Source: Desulfurococcales archaeon (GTDB lineage Archaea; Thermoproteota; Thermoprotei_A; Sulfolobales; WAQK01). Taken from it: DNA of 64,000 nt. Both the position numbers and the translations under genes were made by a program. Under the pieces are notes generated by a model. That model saw only the letters and a list, made by a program, of their open reading frames with translations. It was not told where the DNA came from and made no database searches. The stretch spans positions 6,648 to 70,647 of the forward strand of contig JALWQH010000054.1 in assembly GCA_027083135.1 (NCBI GenBank), written 5' to 3'. This document shows, piece after piece, positions 9,054-18,382 of this stretch (the first letter of the stretch is position 1; each line of letters begins with the position of its first letter).

Positions 9054-9553
9054 GCCTCAAAAACCTCCTGGAAAGCCATGATGCTCCGCCTTCAAGCTTC
9101 GAGCAGGCAGTATATATACTCGCCGAAAAATGCGGCGTTGAGGCGGAGAATCTAAGGCTCATACACCTCCCCTTAAGGGGGAGAAACCCCAGCAGAATAG
9201 TCTGGAATCTGAGGCCTGGGATCATTGGATCAAAATACATGTGGCTTGTCGAGGAGGGCGGCCGCATACTACTGGTTCTAGCCTCCAGGAACACCTATGA
9301 GGTTAGGTGGAAGAGGAGGTGGAGATATGATCCGCTAAGCGGGCTTAAGCTGAGGCTAGCGGAGGCTGAATGCATGGTAGGCGGCACGGCTGTGTGGAGG
9401 GTTTCGTGGAGGAGAGGGTACTATGAGGCTACGCCTGCATCATGGGAGAGGATTGTTGATCTATGTTCATGTATTCTTCGAGGCGGAGGAGCCCCCAGGC
9501 GTCTGGAGAGCATAGGAGATTTCTGCCATCTTATTCTTCCTCAGGATCCCTGA
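9041..9553 (+). CDS. hypothetical protein
   Basis: 170-aa ORF in an otherwise empty interval. No motif recognised. Start uncertain. Confidence 0.3.
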   Translation: MLTTCLKNLLESHDAPPSSFEQAVYILAEKCGVEAENLRLIHLPLRGRNPSRIVWNLRPGIIGSKYMWLVEEGGRILLVLASRNTYEVRWKRRWRYDPLSGLKLRLAEAECMVGGTAVWRVSWRRGYYEATPASWERIVDLCSCILRGGGAPRRLESIGDFCHLILPQDP

Positions 9554-12017
9554 TGCCCTGCTCCGTTATGACGAATATTGTCTCACCCTCCGGCAGGTGG
9601 GGTGCATCCACCATTCTTGCAATCCTCTTGTTACCCTTACTTCTCCTAAGCTGAACCCTGACTCCGGGGGCATGGTACAACACGTGTCCTCCAACAGCCT
9701 GGGTGGGATCGCCGTAGAAGACATCTGGCCTAGCCATAACCTGATTAGTTATGACTACTGCGACATCATAGATCTCCGCCATCTTCATCAACTGGTGTAG
9801 ATGCCTGTTAAGCTTCTGCTGCCTGCTGGCGAGATTCTCCCTTCCAGGATACTCTGCTCTGAAGTGGCCTGTTATTGAATCCACCACTACCAGTTTTATT
9901 CCCTCCTCAGGTATCCTTGACATAAGCTCGTCAACCACAGCCATCTGGTGGTCGCTGTTAACAGCCCTAACATACAGTATGTTCTCCATAGCCTTATCGG
10001 GATCTAGTCCGACGCCCCTAGCCATAGCCTCTATACGCTCCCAGCGGAAAGTACCCTCAGCGTCAACGTACGCCGCCTTAGCCTGCAGGCCGCCCTTCTC
10101 GGGGGGTAGCTGGACGTTGACTGAGAGCTGATGGCATAGCTGCGTGTTATGCATTATGATGGGCGCCTCTCCGCCGACAAAGGTGTGGTAGCCTGGGACA
10201 ACCACATCGTAGACGTAGTCATTGTAGTCAACCTCCCTTACGGAGACCACTCTCTCCCAGCCAAGCTTCTTCACAGTATTGATGAGGCTGAGGGCTTCCC
10301 TAATGATCTCGGAGCGCTTCTCAAGCTCCTCTACCAGTGCTTTCACAATTCTCCTCCTCTTCTCCCTGCTCTTAGGCAGGCCTCTTACCAGGTAGTTTCC
10401 AATAGTGCTGGGCGATACGCCCAGCTTCTCCGCCAAGACGCGTCTGAGTGGGAAGGGAAGCCTCATATATGCTTCAGGGAACCTATCCTCATCTAATTCA
10501 ACCATGCTTCTAGCCTTCTCCAACTCCTCTAAGCCTCTTCTAAACACACCTTCCATCTCGCTCAGCAGGTTCATGGAGATGTACCTGCATCCATGTATAT
10601 ATGGCCCTACCAGCAGCCTGTATGCTCTCCCCGCCTTATTCTCGGAGAGCCTTGCCTGACGCCTCCAAGCCCCTCTGAAAGCCTTTCTATACGCCTCCCT
10701 AAGATGCTGAACCACTATGCCTGGAACCTCCTCGCCATCCTCCACTGCACCCTGCATTCTAGGCTTCCTAGACTTGAAGGGCAGGCTTGCCATAATCCTC
10801 CTATCTACGCCTGATACTATTATCCTATGGTAGGACTTACCTCCAGCATACTTGTCTCTCAGAACTGCCTTTACCCCTAACCTGGCCATGAGGTAGGCGA
10901 GTCCTGCTGCAAGCCTACTATTCTCGGCGACGATCTCCACGGCAGTTGATCCGGCGCATCCTCCTTTCCCCTCCAGGTAGCCTGCGAGGAAGTGCTCTAT
11001 GATCCTCCTAGGAGCCCTGAGGATCTCTTCAGGTATGGATCGTTCACCAGGCTTGGCGTGTACCAGTGGTTCGAGGAACTCTACTGCAGGCTTCTCCAAA
11101 AAGACCCTGGTGAGACGTCTTTCAGAGGGGTTGCGCTGTATTCTGGGCTTAAAACCGAACCTCTTATTCAGGTAGGATTTAAGCCACCTGATGATCCCTT
11201 CATCCCCCACTAATATGGATGGAGGATCATCTACTCCTCCTGCGAGGAAGAGTCCTATGAAGTAGGCGTCATCCTCGGATACCTCCTCAACTGAAACATG
11301 GTCTAAGGGGAGTTCACGGGGCCTGGCAATATAGTCGCCTGGCTCTATGCCGCCTGCCTTAACCCATGACACCCCCGTACGATTAAGTATTAGCAGGGGA
11401 TGCTGCCTGGTCAGCTTGATCCTAGTACCCCTGTCTGTCTCGATCTCTAGGATCCTTCTCACTCGTTCACGGTAGATTAGGGGGGCTCTGGCAAACCTGA
11501 ATCCACTGCCGTCGAAGGCCAGGACCTTTAGTGCTGGAGCCTTAACCGCGAATCCCTCATCCACGCGCTCCTCACCGTAGATCTCAGCATACTTCTCGTA
11601 GAGTTCAGCTATGTTCTTCAAACCAACCTTATCGGGATTCATGTATAGTATGGGTGTATCCTTGGACACGCATTTACCGCTGCCGAAGGGCCCGTAGAAC
11701 TCTGTTATAATCCTTGTCTCTATTCCTCCGCCCAGCAGCTCGTCGAGGTTTCTACTGCCTGTTGTTATCTTCCTAACATTCATCCTCTCCTTCTTGAGGT
11801 CGAGGGCTGTCTTGAACCTTATGTCCAGGGCGTCTCTAGCAGCCCTGATTATCTTCTGAGCCGTTGTGAGGGGTATGCCTGCTATGGCGCTCAGCTCCTG
11901 GGGGGTGGCTACAGCGACGGCTTCAAGTGTAGCGAACCCTGCTTCAACAAGCTTGTTAGCCGCACTAGGGGTGACTCCAGGCAGATCGGTGAGCGTTTTA
12001 GGCTTATCTTCAGGCAT
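9531..12017 (-). CDS. radA: DNA repair and recombination protein RadA, interrupted by one intein
   Basis: Start set at the MPEDKPK ATG (12017). N-terminal HhH domain, Walker A GPFGSGK|[intein]|TQLCHQL, Walker B LVVVDS. The exteins total 319 aa (115 + 204). Confidence 0.9.
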   Translation of the reverse strand: MPEDKPKTLTDLPGVTPSAANKLVEAGFATLEAVAVATPQELSAIAGIPLTTAQKIIRAARDALDIRFKTALDLKKERMNVRKITTGSRNLDELLGGGIETRIITEFYGPFGSGKCVSKDTPILYMNPDKVGLKNIAELYEKYAEIYGEERVDEGFAVKAPALKVLAFDGSGFRFARAPLIYRERVRRILEIETDRGTRIKLTRQHPLLILNRTGVSWVKAGGIEPGDYIARPRELPLDHVSVEEVSEDDAYFIGLFLAGGVDDPPSILVGDEGIIRWLKSYLNKRFGFKPRIQRNPSERRLTRVFLEKPAVEFLEPLVHAKPGERSIPEEILRAPRRIIEHFLAGYLEGKGGCAGSTAVEIVAENSRLAAGLAYLMARLGVKAVLRDKYAGGKSYHRIIVSGVDRRIMASLPFKSRKPRMQGAVEDGEEVPGIVVQHLREAYRKAFRGAWRRQARLSENKAGRAYRLLVGPYIHGCRYISMNLLSEMEGVFRRGLEELEKARSMVELDEDRFPEAYMRLPFPLRRVLAEKLGVSPSTIGNYLVRGLPKSREKRRRIVKALVEELEKRSEIIREALSLINTVKKLGWERVVSVREVDYNDYVYDVVVPGYHTFVGGEAPIIMHNTQLCHQLSVNVQLPPEKGGLQAKAAYVDAEGTFRWERIEAMARGVGLDPDKAMENILYVRAVNSDHQMAVVDELMSRIPEEGIKLVVVDSITGHFRAEYPGRENLASRQQKLNRHLHQLMKMAEIYDVAVVITNQVMARPDVFYGDPTQAVGGHVLYHAPGVRVQLRRSKGNKRIARMVDAPHLPEGETIFVITEQGIRDPEEE
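10146..11672 (-). mobile_element. RadA intein (509 aa) with LAGLIDADG homing-endonuclease domain
   Basis: Begins with Cys ([10 protein letters not shown]) directly after the Walker-A Lys. Ends ..APIIMHN followed by Thr+1. Block B is LTRQHPLL. The two LAGLIDADG-like motifs are [11 protein letters not shown] and [12 protein letters not shown]. Confidence 0.85.
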
Positions 12018-12037
12018 ACTTTTCTCCCAGGGATAAG

Positions 12038-12568
12038 TTGATTCAAAACAGGGTTTATATCTACACATGCCTGAAAGTATTAGGCTTCCCAGCAGGACTC
12101 CCCTGCGTAACACCTTTAGCCCGGATTACAGTGCAGTGTAACAAGGCTGGAACCGTGCCTGGAATAGCTATAAGGCTTAAGAGCCTGTCGGCTGAGAGGC
12201 TGAGCGACACTGTGGCGGGCCAGATAAACTATCAGACGCAACTCGCCCTGCCGAGCGGCGAGCCCCTCTACAGGGATGATGCAATAACGCTTCCATTCAC
12301 ATTCACCATAAATGCTGCTCCACCCATAGCCACCTTCACGCTGAGAGGCATGGCAGTAATACAGGGCTCTGAGAAGGAGCTAGGGGAGATAAGGGAGGAG
12401 ATATTTAAGAAGAGGGTGCCCCTACCAGTAGTGCAGGCCGCGCTCCACTATAGTCTAGCCGAGGCAGTGCTAATATTCAGGGATCTAGGAGTACCGCCAC
12501 CCATAAGCGTCCCCCTGCCAGGGCAGCCCAAGCAGAAGGGGGGCATGGGGCCCACCATAACCATGTAG
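12038..12568 (+). CDS. hypothetical protein (start uncertain)
   Basis: 176-aa ORF. Its 5' part overlaps the radA upstream region, so an internal GTG near 12155 may be the real start. No motif recognised. Confidence 0.3.
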   Translation: MIQNRVYIYTCLKVLGFPAGLPCVTPLARITVQCNKAGTVPGIAIRLKSLSAERLSDTVAGQINYQTQLALPSGEPLYRDDAITLPFTFTINAAPPIATFTLRGMAVIQGSEKELGEIREEIFKKRVPLPVVQAALHYSLAEAVLIFRDLGVPPPISVPLPGQPKQKGGMGPTITM

Positions 12569-12580
12569 GCGTGATAAGCT

Positions 12581-14113
12581 TTGCGCATGCTGCTGATACA
12601 TGCCAGGCGATTCGAATATCACGTGGTTAAAAAAGCCATTAGAAGCGCTGAGAAGCTGGGTGATGATAAAGGCAGATTTGAAGCGGAGAACACTCTGGTA
12701 GCATTCATCACCGTTGAAAAGCAAGATGAGGCTAATATTCCACTGCTCATTGAGAAGGCATCCAGCGAGATACTCGGAATCTACGGTAAGGTTAAGGCAG
12801 GCTCCATAATACTATACCCCTACGCCCACCTCTCAAGCAGCCTATCATCCCCTGAAACAGCAGTAGAGGTTCTGAGAAGACTTGAAGATACATTGGCTGA
12901 AAGGAATGTGAAGGTGCATAGAGCCCCATTCGGATGGTATAAGGGCTTCCTCATAGAGTGCTACGGCCATCCCCTCAGCGAGCTTAGCCGTAGCATAAGG
13001 ATCGGGGAGGAGGTTAAGCCCGCATACCACCTATACGTGCCTGGAGAGGGTGTTAAACCTCTTAGTGGGAGGAAGCCCCTTAAGAAAGTGGAGAGCAGGG
13101 CTTCAAGCAGGGCTGCAGAGTTCTCCAGGAAGTTTGGGTTAGACCCAATGGATCCATGGATCCTTAAGGGGAGAGCCGAGGAGATCATGAGGCTCGCAGA
13201 GGAGAAGGCAGTGAAGCTTTTGGAGAAGCTTGTAGGCAGGGCCGATAAGGTCAGCGTAAGATGCGTGGAGAACGGGTGCATGGGGTGCCTCACCCCCCTC
13301 GAAGAACTCCCAGCCGCAGATAATAGGCCCCTCATAATGAGCATAGGGTACGCGGGACGCGGGGAATGCAGGAGCCAGGGAGCTGTCAGACCTATGAGAA
13401 GCATTGCCGCTAGGATGAGTGTTGGAAGCATGGAGGAGGCTTACAGGCTTATCGCAGAGGCCCTTAGAATCTCCGAGGAGAACCTGCCATCCCTAAAGAA
13501 CAGCAGCACAACATTGCTGATCGACGCTGATGAGGGAAACCTAAACATGGCTGAGGGCATTGCAGAAGCCCTGGGGTTACAGGGGGTTATAAGGGCTTGG
13601 AGCGGGAGATGCGGGAGGAAAGTATCGGTTGATGTATTCCTAGGTGAGGAGGGTCTGCTAGCCTCCATACTATCAGCGGTCATAAGGCCTGCAGGGGGGA
13701 ACGTCGACCTGCTTGTAAGCATCCCTAGAAGCCTTGAAGACCTATTCTACCTGCATATGCTTCGAGCAGCATTGGATGAGGCTGAGGGCAGGACTCCCAG
13801 CCTACCCCTATGGCTCAGCCCCATCCAGGTTAGAATAATACCGGTCTCAGAGAGGAATATGGAGTATGCTGGAAGAATAGCATCAATGCTTAGGGCGAGG
13901 GGTGTGAGAGTAGATGTTGATGCTGGTGGAGGCCTGGGAAGGAGGATTAGGAGGGCTGGCGTAGAGTGGATTCCCCTCATAGCCGTAATAGGGGACAGGG
14001 AGGAGGAGACAGGGACAATCAACGTGAGAATCCGCTCAGAGAACAAGCAGGTCTCAGTGACGCCTGAAGAGCTCCTCGAGATCCTGGCATCCGCTGGCGG
14101 GGTCAGGGAATGA
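12581..14113 (+). CDS. threonyl-tRNA synthetase editing paralogue (ThrRS-ed): archaeal editing domain, degenerate class II core and anticodon-binding domain
   Basis: The N-terminus MLLIHARRFEYHVVKKA..TLVAFITVEKQDE resembles the archaeal ThrRS editing domain. The C-terminus LPLWLSPIQVRIIPVSE..IPLIAVIGDREEETGTINVR is the anticodon-binding domain. I could not find clear class II motifs 2 and 3 in the middle. Confidence 0.65.
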   Translation: MRMLLIHARRFEYHVVKKAIRSAEKLGDDKGRFEAENTLVAFITVEKQDEANIPLLIEKASSEILGIYGKVKAGSIILYPYAHLSSSLSSPETAVEVLRRLEDTLAERNVKVHRAPFGWYKGFLIECYGHPLSELSRSIRIGEEVKPAYHLYVPGEGVKPLSGRKPLKKVESRASSRAAEFSRKFGLDPMDPWILKGRAEEIMRLAEEKAVKLLEKLVGRADKVSVRCVENGCMGCLTPLEELPAADNRPLIMSIGYAGRGECRSQGAVRPMRSIAARMSVGSMEEAYRLIAEALRISEENLPSLKNSSTTLLIDADEGNLNMAEGIAEALGLQGVIRAWSGRCGRKVSVDVFLGEEGLLASILSAVIRPAGGNVDLLVSIPRSLEDLFYLHMLRAALDEAEGRTPSLPLWLSPIQVRIIPVSERNMEYAGRIASMLRARGVRVDVDAGGGLGRRIRRAGVEWIPLIAVIGDREEETGTINVRIRSENKQVSVTPEELLEILASAGGVRE

Positions 14114-15105
14114 GCATAATAGTATTCGTCTACAATATTGCCAGGAAGCTTAGAATAGCCTCTAAGGCTAGGATAACATATGTTGCAGTAGCAGTTATAC
14201 TCGTACTGGTTTTCGGGGCCCTGGCCTTTAGTCTAACCGAGCATAGGAGCCTTGGGGAGAGCATGTACTGGGCCTTCATAACTATGACGACTATAGGGTA
14301 CGGGGACATATACCCCACCACCACTGCTGGGAGGGTAGTTGCAGTCATCGTAGCGGTTTCAGGAATAGCCTCCTTCACAGCCATGGTTTCATTAATAGCA
14401 GATTACATTATTACCAGGACTTCGAAGAAGCTTAGAGGGGAGCTCCCAGTGAAGGAGAAGAGGCATATAGTTATAGCTGGCTGGGGGGAGAGCGCCAAGG
14501 CAGTGTTAAATGAGCTTAGGGCCAACATGCCTGAGGCAACCATAGTGCTTGTCAACGAGGATGGACCCATAATACAGGAGGATAATGTTAGAAGTATTAG
14601 AGGGGATCCGTCGGACGAGGAGGCCCTCCTCAAAGCATCGTTGAAGACTGCCTCCCACCTAATAGTATGCACAGGCGATGATTCGAAGAACCTCCTCACG
14701 GTGCTGAGGGCCAGGACCATTAATCCCAATCTCAGAATAGTGGCTGAAGCATATAGGGGTAGAAACATAAGCCTGCTTAGACAGGCGGGTGCAGACAGTG
14801 TTGTGCTTACAGGGGAGCTGGGGGGAATGCTGCTTGCAAGCGCTGTCTTCGAGCCAGGGGTGCCTGACTTCATAATAGATGTTGCAAGCTCCGTGGAAGG
14901 CTACGCAGACCTTGTTGAGAGGCCTGCAGACAGGTATGCTGGCCTCGAGTTCAGGGAGGCTCTCCTCAAAGCCAAGGAGGAGGAGAACGCAATAATAGTT
15001 GCTGTTAAGAGGGATAATAGGCTTCTAATAAACCCTCCCAGCAGCCTGAGGCTCAGAGGGAATGACGCCCTCCTAGTAATAGTTACGAATAAGAGGGAAG
15101 CATAG
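14110..15105 (+). CDS. potassium channel with C-terminal RCK/TrkA-N domain (MthK/Kch-like)
   Basis: Two TM helices flank the selectivity filter TTIGYGD. Followed by a Rossmann-like segment HIVIAGWGESAK. Confidence 0.8.
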   Translation: MSIIVFVYNIARKLRIASKARITYVAVAVILVLVFGALAFSLTEHRSLGESMYWAFITMTTIGYGDIYPTTTAGRVVAVIVAVSGIASFTAMVSLIADYIITRTSKKLRGELPVKEKRHIVIAGWGESAKAVLNELRANMPEATIVLVNEDGPIIQEDNVRSIRGDPSDEEALLKASLKTASHLIVCTGDDSKNLLTVLRARTINPNLRIVAEAYRGRNISLLRQAGADSVVLTGELGGMLLASAVFEPGVPDFIIDVASSVEGYADLVERPADRYAGLEFREALLKAKEEENAIIVAVKRDNRLLINPPSSLRLRGNDALLVIVTNKREA

Positions 15106-15183
15106 GCGAGCCCTCATTCAAGCCCTCCTAGTAAGGGCTTCACTTATAATGCACCTTGATCCCTATTGACGGGGAGATAATCC

Positions 15184-15993
15184 TTGAGCAGCGAGAATAA
15201 AGTATTGATGAGGCTTAGGCCCCATCCCCTAGCATTTGCAGGGATGTATGTGTTCTGGCTCTACGTTATAATTGTAAGCCTAGGCGTGTGGAGGTATCAG
15301 GGCATCCTCGAATCCAAGGCTTCAAGCATACCTCTCATAGGAGGCCTAGCCTCCACCTACATCCCCATAACCGTCTGGTTCCTCCTACTCCTAATACCTG
15401 CGCTCATATACTCCGTGGCTAGGATTTCATGGAGGTATACTGGCATAGTGATCCTGATAGGCCTGGTTCTGCCAGTCCTGCTCAAATATTTTACAGGCAG
15501 GCTCTACCCAGACACATATTATATTGGAGTGGCTGCAGGGATCCTCGGCATACTGGCAGCAGAGCTTCATAGGAGGGCTCATAGATTCCTGGTGACGGAG
15601 CGGAGCATCATACTGGAGTATAGGGGGCTTAAAAGCTCCAGGAGGGAAATACTATACTCACGGATAACCGACATAGTCTTGGAGAGAGGCTGGCTTGGAA
15701 GGATCTTCAAGTTCGGCAACATAATACCTGTGACAGGCTCAGGGCTGGGCACAGGCGAGGACATGTCAGGCGTGATGGCGGGAGTAGGGGCAGGCAAAGG
15801 CATTGGAGGAGGAGTAGCGGTAGCCGGGGGGAGAATGGTCAGCGTGCCCCGGACGAGAAGCTACTACATGCTCTTCGCAATACCCCACCCTGAGAAAGTC
15901 TACGATACCATAATAGAGGCTATGAGAGGCTCCGAGGAAGCACCATACCTCAAGAAAATACTGGAGGAGCTGCGTGAAGGAAAGCAGGCCTAA
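15184..15993 (+). CDS. membrane protein with bacterial-type PH (bPH_2/YdbS-like) domain
   Basis: N-terminal TM helices, then FLVTERSIILEYRGLKSSRREILYSRITDIVLERGWLGRIFKFGNI, then a Gly-rich segment. TTG start. Confidence 0.5.
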   Translation: MSSENKVLMRLRPHPLAFAGMYVFWLYVIIVSLGVWRYQGILESKASSIPLIGGLASTYIPITVWFLLLLIPALIYSVARISWRYTGIVILIGLVLPVLLKYFTGRLYPDTYYIGVAAGILGILAAELHRRAHRFLVTERSIILEYRGLKSSRREILYSRITDIVLERGWLGRIFKFGNIIPVTGSGLGTGEDMSGVMAGVGAGKGIGGGVAVAGGRMVSVPRTRSYYMLFAIPHPEKVYDTIIEAMRGSEEAPYLKKILEELREGKQA

Positions 15994-16047
15994 AACCGCC
16001 TTAACGCCAAGATGAGGGTAGGAGAACCAGCCTCCTAGCAGTATTCA

Positions 16048-16151
16048 TGGTGCGGGGGGTGGGATTTGAACCCACGCAGGCCTACGCCAGCGGATATCTC
16101 CCCTAGAGGGTCTTAAGTCCGCCCCCTTAGTCCTGGCTCGGGCACCCCCGC
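16048..16151 (-). tRNA. tRNA-Leu (anticodon UAA) with a 16-nt canonical intron; CCA encoded
   Basis: Minus strand: GCGGGGG..GCGGA-CTTAAG[ACCCTCTAGGGGAGAT]A-TCCGC, long variable arm TGGCGTAGGCCTGC, GTGGG-TTCAAAT-CCCAC, CCCCCGC-A-CCA. Hand-folded. Confidence 0.85.
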
Positions 16152-16238
16152 ACATCTATTTGTAACCTGATGCTGTGAGGGATTATAGGCTCTTCCTCCC
16201 CCTAGAATAATGGTTGATGGGGGCCCGTAAAGGGCTTG

Positions 16239-16378
16239 TGGCGGGCCCGGGGGGATTTGAACCCCCGACCACCGGCATCCCCGGATGCCGGGGCCTTCAG
16301 CGGTTCCTTTAGGAGGCCGGCGCCTAACAGGCTGGGCCTGGCGGCTCCAGCCCTCTGTCCTGGCTGAGCTACGGGCCC
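16239..16378 (-). tRNA. tRNA-Arg (anticodon CCU) with two introns (~30 nt in the D-arm, ~32 nt at 37/38); CCA encoded
   Basis: Minus strand: GGGCCCG-TA-GCTC-AGCCAGGACA-GAG[GGCTGGAGCCGCCAGGCCCAGCCTGTTAGG]C-G-CCGGC-CTCCTA[AAGGAACCGCTGAAGGCCCCGGCATCCGGGGA]T-GCCGG-TGGTC-GGGGG-TTCAAAT-CCCCC-CGGGCCC-G-CCA. 140 nt minus 62 nt leaves 78 nt. Exact splice points are ambiguous by 1 nt. Confidence 0.75.
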
Positions 16379-16420
16379 CGCCTGCCCGGACTAGTGTTCG
16401 CAGCTTATATGTTATAAGAT

Positions 16421-18286
16421 TTGAGCCTGCCTGGTGGAAACCTATATTTAGGCTGGGTGTCAGGGGGAGAGGTGTGCTATACGGGTGATCAAGGATTGAC
16501 GCGTAGAGTTATCCCGCCCTTAGAGGAGCTTGACCCCGAGAAGTTCAGGGAGGCTTTCCGCAGGATCCTTGAGGTCAAGGAGAAGGCGGGGCTGACACCC
16601 CTACTAGACAATCCCGACGACTTGTTGGAGAGGGCTAAGCTTTACGGGACTCACTACCGTAACGGGTCCTGGGGATGGGCTTCAAACATTTGGAGCAGGT
16701 CTGCAAGCAACACCGTGGTTGTGGATAGAGATGAGGATCTGAGGACCGAGCATAAGCTGCTGCTCATGAGGGTGTTGGAGCACATATTGGCTCAGGGCCC
16801 CTTCATAAAGGTGGATGGATACGCTGGTAAGCCTGGGACGAGGGTTCAGATGCATGCACGCGTTTACGTTGACCCCCAGTTCCCCGACATAGCGTATAGG
16901 TGGAAGCAACTAGTGTTCCCAGCCCCTCCAGACGAGGATCCAGACGCCGAGGTATTCGTTGTACCCCACTATTTAGGCAACCCGAAGATACCTGGGACGG
17001 ATAGGATGCTCATGGTTATGAGGTTCCCCAACCACGGCCTAACAATCATAACCGTATCCTCCTATCAGGGGGAGGTTAAGAAAGCCGTGCTAACCCACTG
17101 GATACTCCACGCATACAGGCAGGGATGCACAGGAGAGCATGCTGCTCTAAGGGAGTTCAGCGTGAAGACGGTGGAGAATGAGTGGAGGAGGATCATAATG
17201 GCTGTCTGGGGCCTAACAGGCACGGGTAAGAGCACCCATGGATTATACGTGTGGACCCCCCGCAACGCCAAGCTCTATCAGGAGAAGTTCGGCGTAAATC
17301 CCCTCGAATATGTTAGAGACCAGGCGATAAAGAATGACGACATAGTGGCCATATGTGAGGATAGAGTCATAGGCTCCGAGCGCAACGCGTGGACGAAGAC
17401 CGAGGACCTGAACCCCGAGCAGGAGACCATGTGGAGAGCCGCCACCAGTCCCAGAGCACTGCATGAGAACACCGAGTTCGACGAGGAGGGTAACCCGAGC
17501 TTCAAGGGAGAACTATACCAGTACTTCGGAGCCCCTAACAGGAACTCTAGGAGCGTCATATTCCTCGAGGATACGGGGTATTTTGACGGAGATGTAGCGT
17601 CCAGCGGCCCCCTAAACACGGCTGTATTCCTCACGCCAGGCTACTTCACAGACTACGCCTGGATCAAGATAAAGGATCCAGCATTAGCAGCCAAGGTCCT
17701 AGCAGACGGGAGGACCATAGGGCATCCAGCCCAGGCTAAGGAGGTTGTAGGCAGGGTGAGGTATGTCGCCAGATACGCGCAGCCATTCACCATGGGTGTC
17801 CCCAGCACAGCCCACGTAGTTAGGTTCTACGAATACATGGTTAAAAGACTTGAGAAGGGAAGCCCCATAGAGGTATACCAGTTCAACACCACTGGCAGAA
17901 TAGTGGCCAAGTACAAGTGGGTTGAGAAGAAACTGGGCTCCAAGACCATAAAGGCACCCGAACCCATACTAGTCGAGAAGAACGGGATACCTAGAGCCAT
18001 AGGCGGTACAAGGCCCTCTATAGAGGAGACAGAGCTATTCCTACTCCAAGCCGCTAGAGGCGCAGTGAAATACAAGCCACACCCAGTGTGGGGGGAGAAG
18101 GTCCTGGTTCCAGCAGATGTTCCAGGCCTAAGTCAGGAGAGGCTCAGAGAACTAGACCCAACAACCCATCTACCGAGAGAGGAGTTTGTAGCACTCCTCA
18201 AAGCACAGATCGAGGAGAGCAAATACTGGCTTAAAAAGAACTGCCCAGGCCTCCCACAACACATAATGAACGCCATGGACTTCTAA
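16421..18286 (+). CDS. divergent ATP-type phosphoenolpyruvate carboxykinase-like protein
   Basis: Kinase-1a-like P-loop WGLTGTGKSTHG (compare GLSGTGKTT). IKNDDIVAI..NAWTKTEDL aligns by eye with IGDDEH..GCYAKT. LHENTEF and NRNSRSV align with LENV and ENTR. At 621 aa it is about 80 aa longer than classical PckA. Start (TTG at 16421) uncertain. Confidence 0.55.
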   Translation: MSLPGGNLYLGWVSGGEVCYTGDQGLTRRVIPPLEELDPEKFREAFRRILEVKEKAGLTPLLDNPDDLLERAKLYGTHYRNGSWGWASNIWSRSASNTVVVDRDEDLRTEHKLLLMRVLEHILAQGPFIKVDGYAGKPGTRVQMHARVYVDPQFPDIAYRWKQLVFPAPPDEDPDAEVFVVPHYLGNPKIPGTDRMLMVMRFPNHGLTIITVSSYQGEVKKAVLTHWILHAYRQGCTGEHAALREFSVKTVENEWRRIIMAVWGLTGTGKSTHGLYVWTPRNAKLYQEKFGVNPLEYVRDQAIKNDDIVAICEDRVIGSERNAWTKTEDLNPEQETMWRAATSPRALHENTEFDEEGNPSFKGELYQYFGAPNRNSRSVIFLEDTGYFDGDVASSGPLNTAVFLTPGYFTDYAWIKIKDPALAAKVLADGRTIGHPAQAKEVVGRVRYVARYAQPFTMGVPSTAHVVRFYEYMVKRLEKGSPIEVYQFNTTGRIVAKYKWVEKKLGSKTIKAPEPILVEKNGIPRAIGGTRPSIEETELFLLQAARGAVKYKPHPVWGEKVLVPADVPGLSQERLRELDPTTHLPREEFVALLKAQIEESKYWLKKNCPGLPQHIMNAMDF

Positions 18287-18382
18287 GCACCCACACCTAT
18301 TTTCCCCAAACTAATTATCCGGCTGAGAAACCCTACTAGACACTCTCAACATTAGCCGGCACTTATATATCGCGGGCTATAC

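Noticed and set aside
16285-16488. 67-aa plus-strand ORF
   Set aside because: It lies antisense to the two-intron tRNA-Arg gene and runs into the PEPCK-like gene's upstream region. This is an artefact of GC-rich tRNA sequence.
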